Shown: piece after piece, positions 14,788-30,526 of the stretch
Position numbering within the stretch: the stretch's first letter is position 1
Layout of the letters: the number at the start of each line of letters is the position of its first letter
Assembly: GCF_964204645.1 (NCBI RefSeq)
Contig: NC_134025.1
Span: 8,804,001 to 8,868,000, forward strand
Direction: 5' to 3'
Length of the DNA: 64,000 bases
Source: Tubulanus polymorphus
Taxonomy: Eukaryota > Animalia > Nemertea
Program-made: the position numbers and the translations under genes
Notes under the pieces: model-generated
Databases searched by the model: none
Told to the model about the DNA's origin: nothing
What the model saw: the letters and a program-made list of their open reading frames with translations, nothing else

Positions 14788-15529
14788 ATGTGTGTGGGAA
14801 ATGAAAAAAATGTCGTCTTTAGTCAATACTATATTTCTCCTTTTCGACGATGAGGTTCTATATTGTTTTTCTTTTAGTAAGGAAAGCGTTCAAAACGCAA
14901 TAATGAACCAACGAAAGGTTAGACGTTTCTTGGAACAAGAAAACTTCGTTATTCTTGAAGGTTAAGACTATATCTTGATAATACAAAGATTTGCTGCTGT
15001 TTTTAAGAAGAAATAGACATTGAAAATCTGCAGTGATACTGTGTTTTTTTTCATATTCTTTTTTCATACTCGACCCCTTTGATGCTTTAGACGTTGGTTG
15101 CTGATGTTGACGCACCTTAGAACGTATGGCGGCAATAAGCTTTCCCGGTATGTGGATTAACTGACATGTTCTAAAGAAAGAATCCAAATGTTCAGGCAAC
15201 ACACGATGGAGACATTATAACCATATAGAACACACCGGATATCAGGGGAAATCGATGAAAGTCAACGTGATATCATAGAACAATGAATGATGCTATAGTG
15301 ACTGAAAAGATACCCGAGAAAAATCCAATTGTTGTACCGCTTATGTATATCATAATATGTTACGCAAGCTCTTTATTTATTACTAGATGGCTCCATGGAA
15401 TTTCCAATAAGCTAGTGGTCGTGCCAAGGTTTACCCTTCGAGATGAATGTCGTCACCAGAGGTTACGGCTCACATGAATGAGACAATATTAATTCTAGTC
15501 GAGTTTAATGGCGCTAACCCCTCTGTCAG

Positions 15530-15660
15530 AGTGGCTGAATGGGCACCCAGAGATACGAAGGATGATCCGCTCACAGACAGAAGGTCCCGAGATCGAATTG
15601 ACCACGCTTGGTGGAGTAGTAACACTTCGTGTCCACTAAAGAAATCCAAATCTCACTGGC
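15530..15660 (+). mobile_element. Possible degenerate tRNA-derived SINE head
   Basis: A-box-like GTGGCTGAATGG and B-box-like GAGATCGAATT about 50 bp apart; no cloverleaf. Confidence 0.25.
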
Positions 15661-15865
15661 TAATAAACAGTTTGGGTTGATATCATCATCAAACACATAT
15701 ACACATAATACATGGATGTACATAGCTGAGTGATGTCATCGCTGTTGCTCGGGAACAAGATTCATCAAATAACAAGTAAATTAACGAGTCAACGTTGATG
15801 ATAGATGTCGATTGATCACAAGCGACACACCCTATTTCCAATTAAATGCTAAAGCCGTTTACGCG

Positions 15866-16365
<500 letters not shown>

Positions 16366-18153
16366 TATAAATATATATATATATATATATATATGTTGAC
16401 AGGGTCCCTAGACATCTTGATTGTGGCATCAGATTTCCAATTTTGTTGTACAAGTAGGAAACTAGAGTTGGTCAATAAACAATACTTTGTATAAGGCTAG
16501 GTCGTTATCACAGCACTGGAGACCATAATGGATTACAGAAAATATGCGCATGCTTAGACTAAGAGAGTACTGGTACCTGATGCATTTCAACATACGTATG
16601 TAAATGGATATCATGTTCCTAGCTCCACAAGTGCACATAAGGGAATCTTATTGGAATGACTAGCCTAAACTTTAAATAAGTTTTTTGTTTGCTGTTACTG
16701 CTGCGCTTGTTCCTTTGGGGAAGATTTGGATGGATTCATTTTACCAGGTCATATACATTCTGCCCGCTACAGGACTCCATGTTTGAATCGGACCCCGTTA
16801 ACATTTAGACATCAAATAAACCGTATATCATTACTGAAATACCCTTGTCGACTTCATTAACAATCACAGACAAAACGCCCGTGATCATGTGTATGCTGTG
16901 GGACCTCAGTGAATTGAGTTAACGTTTCCAAGTTCACCAAAAATGTCAGGCCAGAGGTAGATAAGGCGGTGTTGGTTGTGAGTTTGAGAGACCAGAACCA
17001 AATCAAGCACCCCATATTGTCCCCCATCTATACAATGGAATTATTCCAATTGTTTGTACTTTCATGATGCAACGAAAGTACAGTTACCGCTTAACGTACA
17101 TGTATTTACTTCATCAGTTGGTAAAATGCTTTAATGGCTTCTCGTGGAACTCAGTATTTTAAGCGGTGTGCATTATCGTGAAAAAAACTGCTCCAGCTGA
17201 TTTGTCGTGAGCACCACTCTGTAGCAGTCTCCATACGGATGTTACACACAATTTCAATTTATTCATTTGCAACTAATGTCAGTAAGAGCTTTCGAATCGC
17301 GCATTGTATTGACTTCTGAACCATTTTAGTTGGGATGAACAATTATCGTGCAGCTCTGGATCATCACCGCCAACCTATTACGACGTTGTAGGGCCATCAT
17401 TGGACGCTTCAGACATATTTTTTCAACTTCAGTGTCGGAAGGGAATTTGATGGAAGATATGAGAGTGTATTTAGCAGTTTTCTGTTTTTTGTCATTTGCC
17501 TTGACACAGCTTCTCGACTGAGAACTGATTGGCGGCGACGGAAAGTCTCAATAAACCAGAGTCCAGACATGAATGGCATGTAAAGTTATACGACTATGAT
17601 ACAGTTTTACCAACTCGAATGATACGGTTACCACGAAACGAATAGCCAACTGGTCACAAATCTGATGGGAATTATATATACATCACGGCTCATCGACATA
17701 ATTCATCCGACATAACATTATTTTGAGACTCATTCACAATCGAGGATGAAAGTCGCGGACTCAATTAATCAGCGTGTGTGATTTTTTTTATATCACCGTC
17801 GGTTGCCGACTGACCTATTTGTCTGCTGCAGTGATATTAGGTCCCACAATCTAAGACCAATGAATCGTACGATGTCGACTTTTGTCACATAATTTTGTGC
17901 AATGCAGATTGACGAGTTAATCGATTGTCTACCACTTTGATTCACAATTTATTTTCTTCTCGTCAACATTTCTAGTCGCAACGTCTTAAAACTAACATTG
18001 TGCCCATTGTCGGTGCGACAATGGCGCTTGTCTAATACCATCAGCGAAGTGACGTGGAGGTTGGGATTAATCTCCCAATCATATAGCTCGGTTACGTCTC
18101 AAATCTTGCGGAAAATATCCGCCTGGTCATGAAATATAAACATACTCATATGG

Positions 18154-18418
<265 letters not shown>

Positions 18419-20015
18419 ATCACATATCATATATCATCAGCACCCAGGGGCACGAGCACGAGTTTGATGTGCAGCCAATCCTCCCGACTCGGTCGTGGAT
18501 GATCTCTACCCTGGCGTGCTTCTTCTCATCTCAGAAGTGCGCTCACCACAGAACCAATTTATGACACTTCTCGTTAATTTAGATGTATTTCCTATCGGGC
18601 TAAATGGATAATTTTCTATATGTCAGATTAGGAATTATTGGCTCGTGATAGGAGGAAGCTTATCCGTGGAAAACACGAAATATAATCCGAGGGAATAAGG
18701 GGTTTCCGTAGTTAGCTCATCCTTTCCTATAAGTGGCTCCCTAATTTCAAATTCACTAAACCGAAAATTACTCCATAGCAATAAACAAGTCGAAAAATCA
18801 TAAAGTACTTATTTTCAGATTTCCAAATATCCGAGAATTGTGTCTTATCGCCACTTCTGATAATCCACAATATAAACTCTAACTTTCGATGAATTATCTC
18901 GTGTTTCACTTTGTGCAATTTTACACGCATTATCTTTCGTCATCCTTGAAGATCTAACCGTATACGTACATGGAGCCAGATCTGTTAAATGGCTTGGGAA
19001 TGAAGCAGCTGCTACATCTGTTCTTTGAGCAGATAATTTGATTTCTGTCTGTATAACACTAATGGAGGCGTCCTTTAATTCAGAAACGAAAAGGCAACTA
19101 TTTTGTTTTTATTCTCGGCCACGGCACCGACATTCTTATCGATTTAATAGTATCCTAATATTCCTTGTATAAAATGAACTAGTTGTGGATAAAGACGATT
19201 CGGTAGCGGTCACCCTTCGAATTGTCAATTTAAGTCCGTCGGAATGTTAGTAAAAATGTCGTTTTCGTGTTTAGTTTATACAGTGTCCTGAATATCGACC
19301 ATAAATCTAAATCGATATTCTAGTCTGAGCCAGATGCCGTAACCTTCCGACAAATCATGAACTTTACAAAAGATTATTTCTTTAAAACAATTCGTTTTTC
19401 TTATTGCATCTCATCTCTTCCAAGTTACACGCGAAAAGAACAGTTGTATATTTACCTCGGCTGATACTCGGAAAGAAAACGTCAAATCGGTTGAATTATT
19501 CAATCGGCTAAATTGATATCCGACATCAAGAGAGGAGCTCTCAACGTTGAATTTTTCATAGGGTTTGGGAAGCGACGTTGCTACTGTAACTGCGTTGATA
19601 TATACATATAAACCTTGCCAAATATAAGGAATACGAATCCACATACGCTAAATGATTTATTCACAAACTACCAACGAACAGTATATGTCAATGCTGCTGA
19701 CTGACTTCAAGATTTGGAAGAACAATTAATTCTTTCGTCAATCCGTTAGTTAATCGTTCGTTAGTATTTCGATTACGAGCTCTCTATCTATTATTGAAAA
19801 TCTTATTTGAAAAAAAAGTCTTATTTCACAATTATATCAGCCATAATTCAATGGCTTACATAGAGTTATTCTAATGGATAAGTAGGTTATGTTTTATGAA
19901 TATTTGAATGAAAAGTTAAACTACGTGCTCTTTTACCTACTACTTTGTTAAGTCACGTTTTGAACCGAGCAATATCCAGAACAACAGAAAAGATTATTTG
20001 TTTGTTTTTCTTTCG

Positions 20016-20016
<1 letters not shown>

Positions 20017-20078
<62 letters not shown>
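20017..20078. repeat. (TA)n microsatellite, ~30 units
   Basis: TA run with one CA interruption. Confidence 0.95.
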
Positions 20079-20081
<3 letters not shown>

Positions 20082-20372
20082 CGTCAATTTTTTCAAACAT
20101 GATTAGATATTATAAAAACATCAATTGATTACATCTTCCAGTATTGAACGTGTTTGTTATTTTCGGATCGCTGATCCTTGATGAGCAATTTCCTGATTAC
20201 CATACAGGCTTCCGGATCAGCATTTTTGACTCGATGTCCGTTGTTAAGGGTCGTCGAAGCATCTCACCGTGATTGCTTTATTACTACTGTAAGAGGCGAT
20301 GAATGACTTGCCCACGCGTGAACAGTTAATGACAAAAATATTTTGTCAGACTTATGCTTTGCAGCTGCTTCA

Positions 20373-20386
20373 GCGCCACCTAGCAG
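20373..20386 (-). promoter_or_regulatory. CTCF-like binding motif
   Basis: GCGCCACCTAGCAG resembles the reverse-complement CTCF core GCGCCMYCTAGTGG. Confidence 0.35.
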
Positions 20387-21775
20387 AGGGTTAAAATCGG
20401 TTACGGAGGAAAGCCTACATAATATGCATATCAATGATATGGAGCTTAGTTTCGTGTTCTTATACCTTAAGCATCGATTTCCATTACATTCAAAAGACTC
20501 GAAAACCGACAACGCTTTTATATAAGAGTCATTCATTCTATCCATGTTTAGTGACAGTATTCGCCATTCCATTCAGGTAGAATTTGTATTACGAAAAACA
20601 CATCAAATCGACTCTAAATAACTAAACCATCACGCAGCCTTCTCATTTAAATTACCGCTTTTATTGGAACTAGAAAATAGAATCTGCCGAATGAATACCG
20701 TCGAGAATTGAGTCTCAGTCGTTTATGGATAAGTCCATTGTTTTCATTGGCGACTGTGTAATTACTTTAAAGCATTCAATATTTTAACAGTCACATTTTC
20801 TATAACCAGGAGTTGCATTTCATCACAAGGGAGCCAAGAAATGATGCCGCATGGATCTCGTCAAACCCTTTTGAGAATTTGAATGTACGTGTATTTAATT
20901 TGAACGCATCAGTTGATTGATTGGTCGCGTCGATGATTGTTATATGTGCCAACCATCATCGCGGAGCAATTGCGTTATCATGAATATATGTAAATCTATA
21001 TATATTCAGCCTTTCTTTCCCCAGTAGACCTACTTTCAATCACAGTGAGCGTTGGATTGATTTGCAAACGTCTACTAACCTTTCTTCGCAGATTTTGGCA
21101 CGCATATACATCTAGTTCGAATCAATCAAAAATATTCAAAGCCTTTTCGGAATAAATCTGCCGACTAAGACAGAAGAAGAGAGAAATATGCATGATGAGA
21201 TTTATGACGTGACTGCGGACGGAGCGGAAAATTTCGGGCTATGCCGGTCATCGAGGCGGAAGAGAGAAACCAACCCTCGACAAAAACACCACGCCTCGTT
21301 GGACGCTTCCTTTCACTTCTGTCAACAACTAACGGTTGGTGACCATAAATCATCATACGAAGTACATATCTAGTAGAAGTTGACATTCGTTTAGGCATTT
21401 TTCGTTGCTTTAGAATCATTTAAGCATAAATTCTTCGGTGTAATAATTCGTGAAAGGTAGACGCTTTTGACGCGGATTGAAACCAACGTTGGCAGCTCGT
21501 CACAATTTTGAGAGAAACTCGGTCATGACTGCATTGCAGATGTTCTGATGGACTTACTTTTGTAGACTATTACGCAAATAAAATTAGAAGGCAAAACGAT
21601 TTTTACTCTCGGGGAAGGTGAAGCATTATCGAAGATGATATTAGCTATTAAGAGACGATTTCGCGTTTAATTGTAAATGGTTTTGATTCCAGTTTATGTC
21701 TCAAATTTACTATCATCATTAGACTACGTGCATTACAAAAGCAGTCACGATACGTCGAAAATGCAAGTGGCATAG

Positions 21776-21867
21776 GCTCCACAGTTGTGAGTCAATGTTT
21801 AAATCAGTTCATTTTCAATGTTTTAACTATAAAGTCAAATTTTACTCAGAATTGTGGCACTGGATCC
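21776..21867 (+). mobile_element. MITE family A copy (GGATCCAGTTCCACAG TIR), left end degenerate
   Basis: Shared core AGTTCATTTTCAATG...AGTCAAAT...ACTCAGAATTGTGGCACTGGATCC. Confidence 0.7.
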
Positions 21868-22912
21868 TGAGTCTTACTCAAGATTTCGTTCTTCCAGAAT
21901 TTCTGCTCACCAAACTATGCAATTACAAAACTGGACAATGATGACTAAGTTTATTGTTCGGATTGACTATTGCGTCTGCATTACCAACATCCATTTCGTC
22001 GGAATGTCTGGAATAAGACCGTATTATATCATCATATATGATCCGCGAGCGGTATTTACGTAGCACGAAGCGATATATATATTGAGCCGGGCGATGTCAC
22101 AAACGGGCATGTTTTGGCGCGCCAACTCGTCCGCACTATCATTATTGTCGAAAATTTTTACACGACACATTTACAAATGAATAATGTATACGCAAAATAC
22201 ATTTTGTAGCCACAATCTTAACACGGTCTTTTTCTCATGGGACGTGACACCAACATTTATTTTGGCCGATCCATGTCGGAAGTAATTTTCTGCGCCTACG
22301 ATTGAAGTATATGTGCACACCATGTTTTAGCATATATATTCCATGATAAAACGCGTGAAACGAACTCGAAATCCCTTTTCAACCTTAAATCACCTCAAAA
22401 CGAGTATCTATTTTGTTTATTACAATGACATGCACATTACATATGGATAATATATAGAAATTATAGAAATAATACCCAGACCTAATGTAGACTTATAAGT
22501 CACTTTATATGAAATAGATGAATAGAGTAGATACGCATAGCACTTTCCTGCAGATTCGATAGTTACAATATTGGATCTTATAATGCACTTTCTTTTTGTC
22601 CACGTAGCAAAGTCGTGGGAATGTACAATTTGATGATAAGACATAAGTAGGTCTGAATTGAAAGGTTTTCAAAAGTAGAATCAATATCGTTATCGTATAA
22701 AGCAGACCAGTAATCTCCAAACTAAGGACATTTTCATGACAAAATGAAATTCACTTTTTTTCTCGTTTTCACTACAAAAAGACATACCGTCTTCTGGTGC
22801 CCATTATCGTCGAATTTCAATTTGTAGACCTAGAATTCCGCCCCTTATATGAGCCAGTAACGATCTCAAGTATTAACTCCTGAATGCACCGGTAAGCCCT
22901 CTTTTGATCCCC

Positions 22913-22996
22913 AAATTCCAGCCCCATAACTAATGATTTTATTTGTTCATTTATAGAATAAATAAATACAAAATTTCAGCCCCATAACTAATGATT
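22913..22996 (+). repeat. 26-bp direct repeat, 58-bp period
   Basis: AAATTCCAGCCCCATAACTAATGATT (22913-22938) and AAATTTCAGCCCCATAACTAATGATT (22971-22996). Confidence 0.85.
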
Positions 22997-24262
22997 GAAT
23001 CAACACCTGCTTCGAACAACTAAGCAACGCAATTAAATTGAACATGTCCAACGTCTGCTACATAATTCTTTATTCTATCTCGGCGTTTATTTCATATTTT
23101 TAGGAGCTCTCTTGATTGACACCGAATCTCTTGATTCGGAATACCCGACAGATTTTGGTGAAGCAAACGATGCGTTTAATAGTCGCATACGAACAAGTAT
23201 GTAGACGATTAGATGAAACCAATTATGTTGCCATTAAGCAAAAGAAAGATACGACACTGGTGAGGCGTTTTGCAACATTCGTGTCGCAGGAGATAGGGTG
23301 AGATATCAAGTGGGCTTAATCTGCCGTCGATGTAGGTTCGAGAAAACGTTGATGGGCATAGATGTCTGCACTCCAACAAGCCCCCGTGGCGGAAATGGAC
23401 TGAGACTTGATGAAGCGCAAGCCCCCTTCAATCAAACGAACCGTGCCAAATTTACATCCCGTTTCAATTTTCGCATGAGTCCATGAAAAAAAAATGTTCC
23501 AGTATTTGGATAATAAAAGAATCTTTAAAAAACAATGAAATTCATCTTTGCATTCAAAAGGTTTGAAAAGGTTGAAACGATATTCGGTGTTTGTTACGTA
23601 CCTAATACACATTGTTGGAGCAGGCATGTGAAAAATCCACAAAAACCATATATCATTATTAGAACATACGCCGTATGAAATTCATCGGGGATTAGCAGGT
23701 AAAGATAATATCATTTGACGCCCCTGAGCGAAATTGATTTTGCTGTGGGTTCGCACCACAGAGTTTCTCATTAAAACTGGTTGGACAAAAATACAGATAC
23801 TGTCAAGGTCATTCGAAACTGAACCTAAATCTTCTGATTTCTGAGACTTCTGCATCGACATCCACCATCGCCAAGAGCTGTGCTACGAAATGCAATAAAA
23901 TTACATCCATATCATATCCAAAAGTGCGACATAAGCCCGGATAAGATGCCCAGAAATGATTTGATTCCTCTAGATTCACTGACGTGCGAAACAGGATAAC
24001 AAATGCATTCCAAAGGTCTGGACAATGGAATTGCGCGACGAGCAATTCGTGAAATAGTTACGTCAACTGAATCCCGCAATAGAAATGAAGGATGGCAAGC
24101 TGAAAGTTTCTCAGGGGCTTATCAAAAGCCAGATTATATCACTCTATGATTTATCACTTAATTTCAGTGTTAATTGAGCAATGAGTTAATCTTAATTAGA
24201 TTCTTGATACCGTTTACAAATGATAAATGCTATATTTTTAATCCAGATCAAGTTATTAAACG

Positions 24263-24357
24263 GGATCCAGTTCCACGAGAGTTACAGTTAACTCTGAGTT
24301 GAAGTTAGTTCATTTTCAATGAGTCAAATCATAACCCAGAACTGTGGAACTGGAACT
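24263..24357 (+). mobile_element. MITE family A copy
   Basis: GGATCCAGTTCCAC...AGTTAGTTCATTTTCAATGAGTCAAATC...CAGAACTGTGGAACTGGAAC. Confidence 0.8.
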
Positions 24358-26767
24358 TGATCGTTTTGACACCTCTCAAACGCCTCCTTGTCATTTATAC
24401 TTCTGTGATTTGGAGTAAAAATCATACTGGAAACAGATATAGAACATCAGGCTCCATATAAAAATTAGTCCAGCGCCAGTTAAAGATCTCTTAATCAAAG
24501 CTAGCTGTAAAGCGATAAATTTATCTTTAATAGCTGAGACATGTTTATATTTTCAATTTTTTATTACAACCCTTGAATGTTCATCGCGATGTTTCAAAAT
24601 CATGCAACAAACGTCACCAATGAGATTTTTATTGAACCAAAAGCTACTTAAGTAATCCTATTCATCAATATTCTGTCACGAAAAGTGATGATTCAGTTGT
24701 TGGAAAATGTCAACATGACGGTTACATTGCGGTGTTGCAAATCGGAATGATTACAATCCTGTATGGTGCTGTTATTGAGAATTAATTGAATAAAACCACT
24801 AGATATTACAAATAAAACGAAACAAAACCGCCTGTGGAAACGTCGTTGAAAATTAAGCCTTTCAATCGAGTTTATGAAAAGTTTGATTTAGAAATTATGA
24901 ATTTTTCGAAGTAATATAAAACGGCGTATACAGATGATCACGGATTAAGCACTTTCTATAGATTTTCTAGTATTTCATTATCTCACAATAAAATCAGATT
25001 TGATAATTGATTACAGTGAAGGCCAAAATGATGTGTTATTCAGATTAATATAAGAATAGTTCTCGAATCGATTCTATTTCCTATTCAAGTGTTTTCAATC
25101 TACTCAAGTTCGCTACTGGACGAGATTTCGTATTGAAAAAAGACGACCTACATTTTATTTGAGATACGGTTGTAAGAAATGAACTGAGAATCTGATTCGT
25201 TGTTTTCATTGGATATCATCATTCGTATTTATTTTATTTACTTCACTTCGAAACATCTTTGTCACAACAAGTTTTTAGAATATAATGGCTGCAATGACAA
25301 ATGAGAATACGAAAAATATTACACATTATATTGTAGCACATACACATTACAGCAATCGATATTTCACGACAATAAACCAGGAGGTGAATTTACTCAAATT
25401 TCCATACTTGTTTCAATCATCAAGTCAATCATTATCTTTGCGGAATATCTAGATTATCATTTCCAAGTGTTTAGATACATGTTTATGTTATATTATCATA
25501 TCAACGCACTCGACATGGTGAGATTAGTATAATGTCGGTTGGCGTAGCAGTAAGATGCTTGAATACAAGCACCCTTTCGCGACAGAGCTTACTATCTTGC
25601 CTACAAGTTGCCAGTTAATCCGCTGCATTTCTTTCGCGGGATTAGCAGTAAATATGATGCTTTTCTCTGTTATTTTTTCAGCGTATATACACTTACACAC
25701 CCACGGCTAAGGGTCTGTCGGGCCCACGCGGTAAAGCGAATCACATAGATGAACATAGACAAAATTTCTGTTTTTCAAATGTTGACGAGAAACAGCGTAT
25801 AAAAAAGCTTACAATGACATATGCTACACTACACCTAATGCGCACCTGACTCAATCTTAAAGTATATCAATATTTGATGTTCTACTGACAATATTCTCCG
25901 TTCAAGATGTCTGTAGCTTGGCAGTTCCTTCCGAGCATTCATTTATGAAATAGGTGTTCAAGACAATCGAACGTGCTACACATAAAACCGATATATATAC
26001 GTAAATTGTTGCTTTGAAAGCATTGATTTTTGAATTTTTCAAAATCCATCCAGGGACAGATGAAATATGATAAAACAAGCATCACAGTTTTTAAAAAAAG
26101 AGAAAAGAATGACTCAACAATACAGGACAAAAGTACCCAATCAAAATGGCGGCTAGCAACTGTAAAATGGTTTATTGGCGCTTATAAAATCTTCTCTATT
26201 TGTGTGTTAATAAGCTGGATTAAGGCTAGGATTTTATACGGTCAGTTTAGGGAAGAAGGGATATGCCGCTGCGTGGTTGGGCAATGTAATAATGGATGGC
26301 ATTCACATCTTCCCAACTTAGTAATAAACTTTTCATTTACATATGAATACATGAAATATCTCTGTATGCATCAAGATTACCTTCGTCGTAATAAATATTT
26401 GAATTGACATACGAACGTAAGCTGCTATTTGTTCATATCGCTGAACAGAGCTTGGAAACCCTAATATTGAGTCAGAGAGTTCACTGACATAAAGGAGACC
26501 AGGGGAAGATATACATATGTAATTGAATATTGGATCGATAGATTGATATTTCATTGATGGACTATCAGATCCGTCTTGGAAAGTCTTGGCACCTGGTGAA
26601 TTGGTTCCATGGGCGCATGTTTATTATATGGTATTGACATGGCGAAGCCTGTTTATCTATTTCCAGGTGTTCGCCGGCATTTCTTAACAATTCCATATTG
26701 AACTTCACTTCTGTTAACAAATACGAATTGGGATACCTGATTCATTGGTTTTATTGACAGACGAGAG

Positions 26768-26934
<167 letters not shown>

Positions 26935-29087
26935 ATGTGATCGAGATGTAATTGGCATCACGTCATGATGTTTTAAAAGCGTCTCGCCAGTTTTGCTTCT
27001 CAATTATTGTGGAGGAAATGTCCCGAAAGATAAAGACGAGTTGCAGTCCGGCAGTTGTCGTTTTATCTGCAATCGTATTACGGGTTCTTTTTGTCCAGTT
27101 CATGGACTGATCACATTAAACGCGGACACTGACAAATGGAATGCTTAGGTTGAAACGTGCTTTGGTTTAGAATTAGTGGACGATTTATTAGGCGTTCGTA
27201 TCGAATAATCTCCTTAAAAATTCCGATTCTGGTCTACTCATGAAAGTAAAAGCACTCTAAAATATAACATTGTCCTGCCGATGTCATGTATATGAAAATA
27301 AACGATTTGAATAGCTCTTTTTGATTTCCAAAGTATCAATAAGGCGTATTGCTATGGAATTGGACTTTTCAAAAGAAAAATTATTTTTCTTTTTCTATAT
27401 CTTAAGTATATTCAAGTTGATTCATTTGTTGAATGACACGTGCCCCCTGATGAATGTAAAACCTTTTTAACAAAATAAATCATCGCGGGCCTTTCGCGAA
27501 AAGTCGAGAACTGTCGCTTCTTTGTGTTAATGTTCCTATGAAAAAAAAAAACATTTGAAGATACTTGAAAGTCGTCTGAAAGGTTCTGCAAGACGAGCAG
27601 TTCAAACAGGATGCACATGACATTTATCTGTCGGGTATGTTACTTAAAAGATATGTAGCTACTTGAAACAGACTATGCCATAATATATTACAACCAATAT
27701 GTTAACTTCGAAACTGACTCCTCTAATAACGTTAAGAATGCTTCCTCCAAAATCTTATCCGCTTTAATAATTCACACTGAGTCGCTCTTTTGGGAAACGG
27801 AGAATACACGGAGCTTTGTAAGTTGAGAGAGAATTAGACTAGTCTACTATACAAAAATGCATCCTCCTCGGTCAAATATATCATCGGGTGGAACGTATCA
27901 TATTTCCATTTGAAATTACGAAATGAGATGATGGTTTTTTGTTAAATCTCTCTCCATGGTTGTCGTTCCGATGAAACATGTCTATTCCGATGCTTTTATG
28001 AGCTCTTCCGCGCATTCCCAGTGGACTGAATTTAGGTACCGAACATTAGTCAGAATGTGCTATTGGAATGTCACTTTTCTTTTGGGATATGGAAAGAATA
28101 TTAAGTAAATACCAGAACGCCGCAATACAGATGAAGTTTATATGCGCTTTATTCCTTACAGAATTATGGACAGTTTATATATACGAGAGTGTGATTGGAG
28201 CAAGAACGCTATTTTGTCGCTGAATGATTTGTACCCAGAGAGATTTTTTCGAAATCTATTGTTTGCATCCAACAAATTGCTTCATTGCTTTGGGATCTAA
28301 TTTGAATATTGGCATGGAATTATCTGAATATGATAACACTGATGATGAGCCGACATAAAAACCTTCTTTGACAAATTACCCGACGGAGTCTCGTCGGAGT
28401 TTTCATGACGCAGAAAGTATCTATTCTGCTTTTGCCTGTTAATGGATAAGGGCAATTCAGAATTTCCACCTGACAAGCAATAGCCCATTGTAAATCCCGG
28501 AAGTGGAGTGAAAATCAACGCTTTATATATGTCACCATATTACGTTGTATGTTTATGTCATCGACGTAGCTTTCAGTTTCACGTGCAATACTCATCGAAT
28601 CAACCTTTCTTGAGGAGCCGATTCGCTGTAATCCTCACATGAAAATGCATTTACGATTACCCTCTTGACCATCTCGGTGTGTGATCTGACATCTAGGTTT
28701 TATCATTAGGACACACGCAGTAACTATAGTGAAAATATACAGTCTGCCAAGCGACGGCGCATGCTGCGCTTGCTCAGTGAATTTTATTGACTTCAACCGC
28801 AATAACCTGTTTATTAGAAGATAGTTTACACAATCGGGAATAAACTGGTGAACCAGCTGAAAAAGGCAATTGAAGAATAATAAAAAATTAACTTTTTAAA
28901 AGGATGATTGAAAACATACATTGTATTAATAATCATAGAGGTATGGTATTAGGTGTATTTCTTACTCATGAAAGACATATGACATGCGTGATACATGTAA
29001 ATAATGCGAACTTTCGTTTAAACTGTTGGAACCGGGTTTCGATCCTGTGCTATATCACAATATCCGGTGGGCCGCCGCGAGTGAGGA

Positions 29088-29535
29088 TGACGTCACAATC
29101 GCGTGCACGAACTTACGACGACGATCAATCAAGTCCCGTTGATACGTTGACCATCCTGACAAGATACTATCCTCCTAGATTCTAATTACCTCAAGAGAAG
29201 CAGATAAATCAGTAACTCATTAAGATTTTACAACGAGTGGTCAATCCGATTTCAATCTACCTATGTGATATATATCTAATTGTTACAAGCAAACGCTTTA
29301 AGTACACAACCACTGCTTTGTCGAAACCTACTTAATCTGTAATCAGTTCCGATGAAATCAATCACTTGATATTTCATCGACACTGAAAGTAAGTATTTTG
29401 GTATGAGATCTGCGTCGTAGAAACAGACGTAAAAATTACTTTCACCTTGCGGCTACCCGGGTGCAATCGGCTTATATTTCCACGCACGCCAGTTTGACGT
29501 CATCAATTTGAATAATTCACCGTCAAGTGACGTCA
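29088..29535. promoter_or_regulatory. Cluster of three full CRE palindromes (TGACGTCA)
   Basis: TGACGTCA at 29088-29095, 29495-29502 and 29528-29535, in locally CpG-rich sequence. Confidence 0.5.
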
Positions 29536-30370
29536 TAAAATCGGACCATCAATCGTGATTAATATTAATGTATTACTCGAGAGAAATTTCATAAATAGCA
29601 TTAAGCGACGAATTCGATCAATTCATTGATGGACAGAAATACCCGCTGGTTATCCAATATATATTTACGGAAGCATATTTTTTTTCGAACGCAAATAACC
29701 TTCATATGAGTAAATAAATCATTTTCCCCAGAAATAGATAGCACCAACATGCATACTGTTCACAGAGTTATTCCATTTATTTCGCTCTCATTAATACGAT
29801 TGATGGCTGCAGTGTCGCGATATAGCTATCCGCTCTAAAATTGATGTCGATTGAAATCGACTGATTGCGCCGCACGCGGGTACCCGGTATATATCCATTT
29901 ACCGTATAGGAAATACATTAAAGTGTAAGTCTCGTTGAGTTCTAAAAAACACCATCACTTTATTGACCTAGGAACACAATTTTATCACACGATACATGTT
30001 CACAGCACGTCTTCAAGTGTAATTCCAAGTGAAACCATCGACTCGTTTGAGACTGGAAAACTTCTTCCGAGTTGTCGAAATACTGAGATTAATCGAGTAT
30101 AAGATATCGAGAGAATTCGTGGGATATTTTTTACCATTATTGTCAGGAGCCTTACCAATACCCGGTTATTCGGTAAACTGATAATGTTGAAGAGAAGTTA
30201 AACCACTGCGCACCATCTATGAATATTTGATTATGAAGGATGGGTTGATGGTATGTTACCTCTACAATTCATATTGTAAACCGTACGAGCAAAATGTGTA
30301 GGGTTTTGTGAAACTAATTTGAAAAAGGGACTATAGAAAATAATTTTTGAAAAAAGGCTATTTGCCGTGA

Positions 30371-30526
30371 GGCTGATTTGAGCCATACTTAAAAGCTTTT
30401 TTTCTATAATACGGCTAGGCGAACGTTAAAAAGATTTACATGGGCCCAATTGCATTCATGTAAAAGATTTTATCATGCGTCTAGCCGTACGGAAATTTTA
30501 TTTCAGTATGGCCCGACGAATCAGCC
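30371..30526. mobile_element. Degenerate fold-back element
   Basis: Ordered arms GGCTGATT..GCCATACT..TACGGCTAG..TTTACATG are mirrored by CATGTAAA..CTAGCCGTA..AGTATGGC..AATCAGCC. Confidence 0.6.

Noticed and set aside
22913-22996. CRISPR-like repeat-spacer-repeat
   Set aside because: Only two repeats, eukaryotic context, no cas genes.
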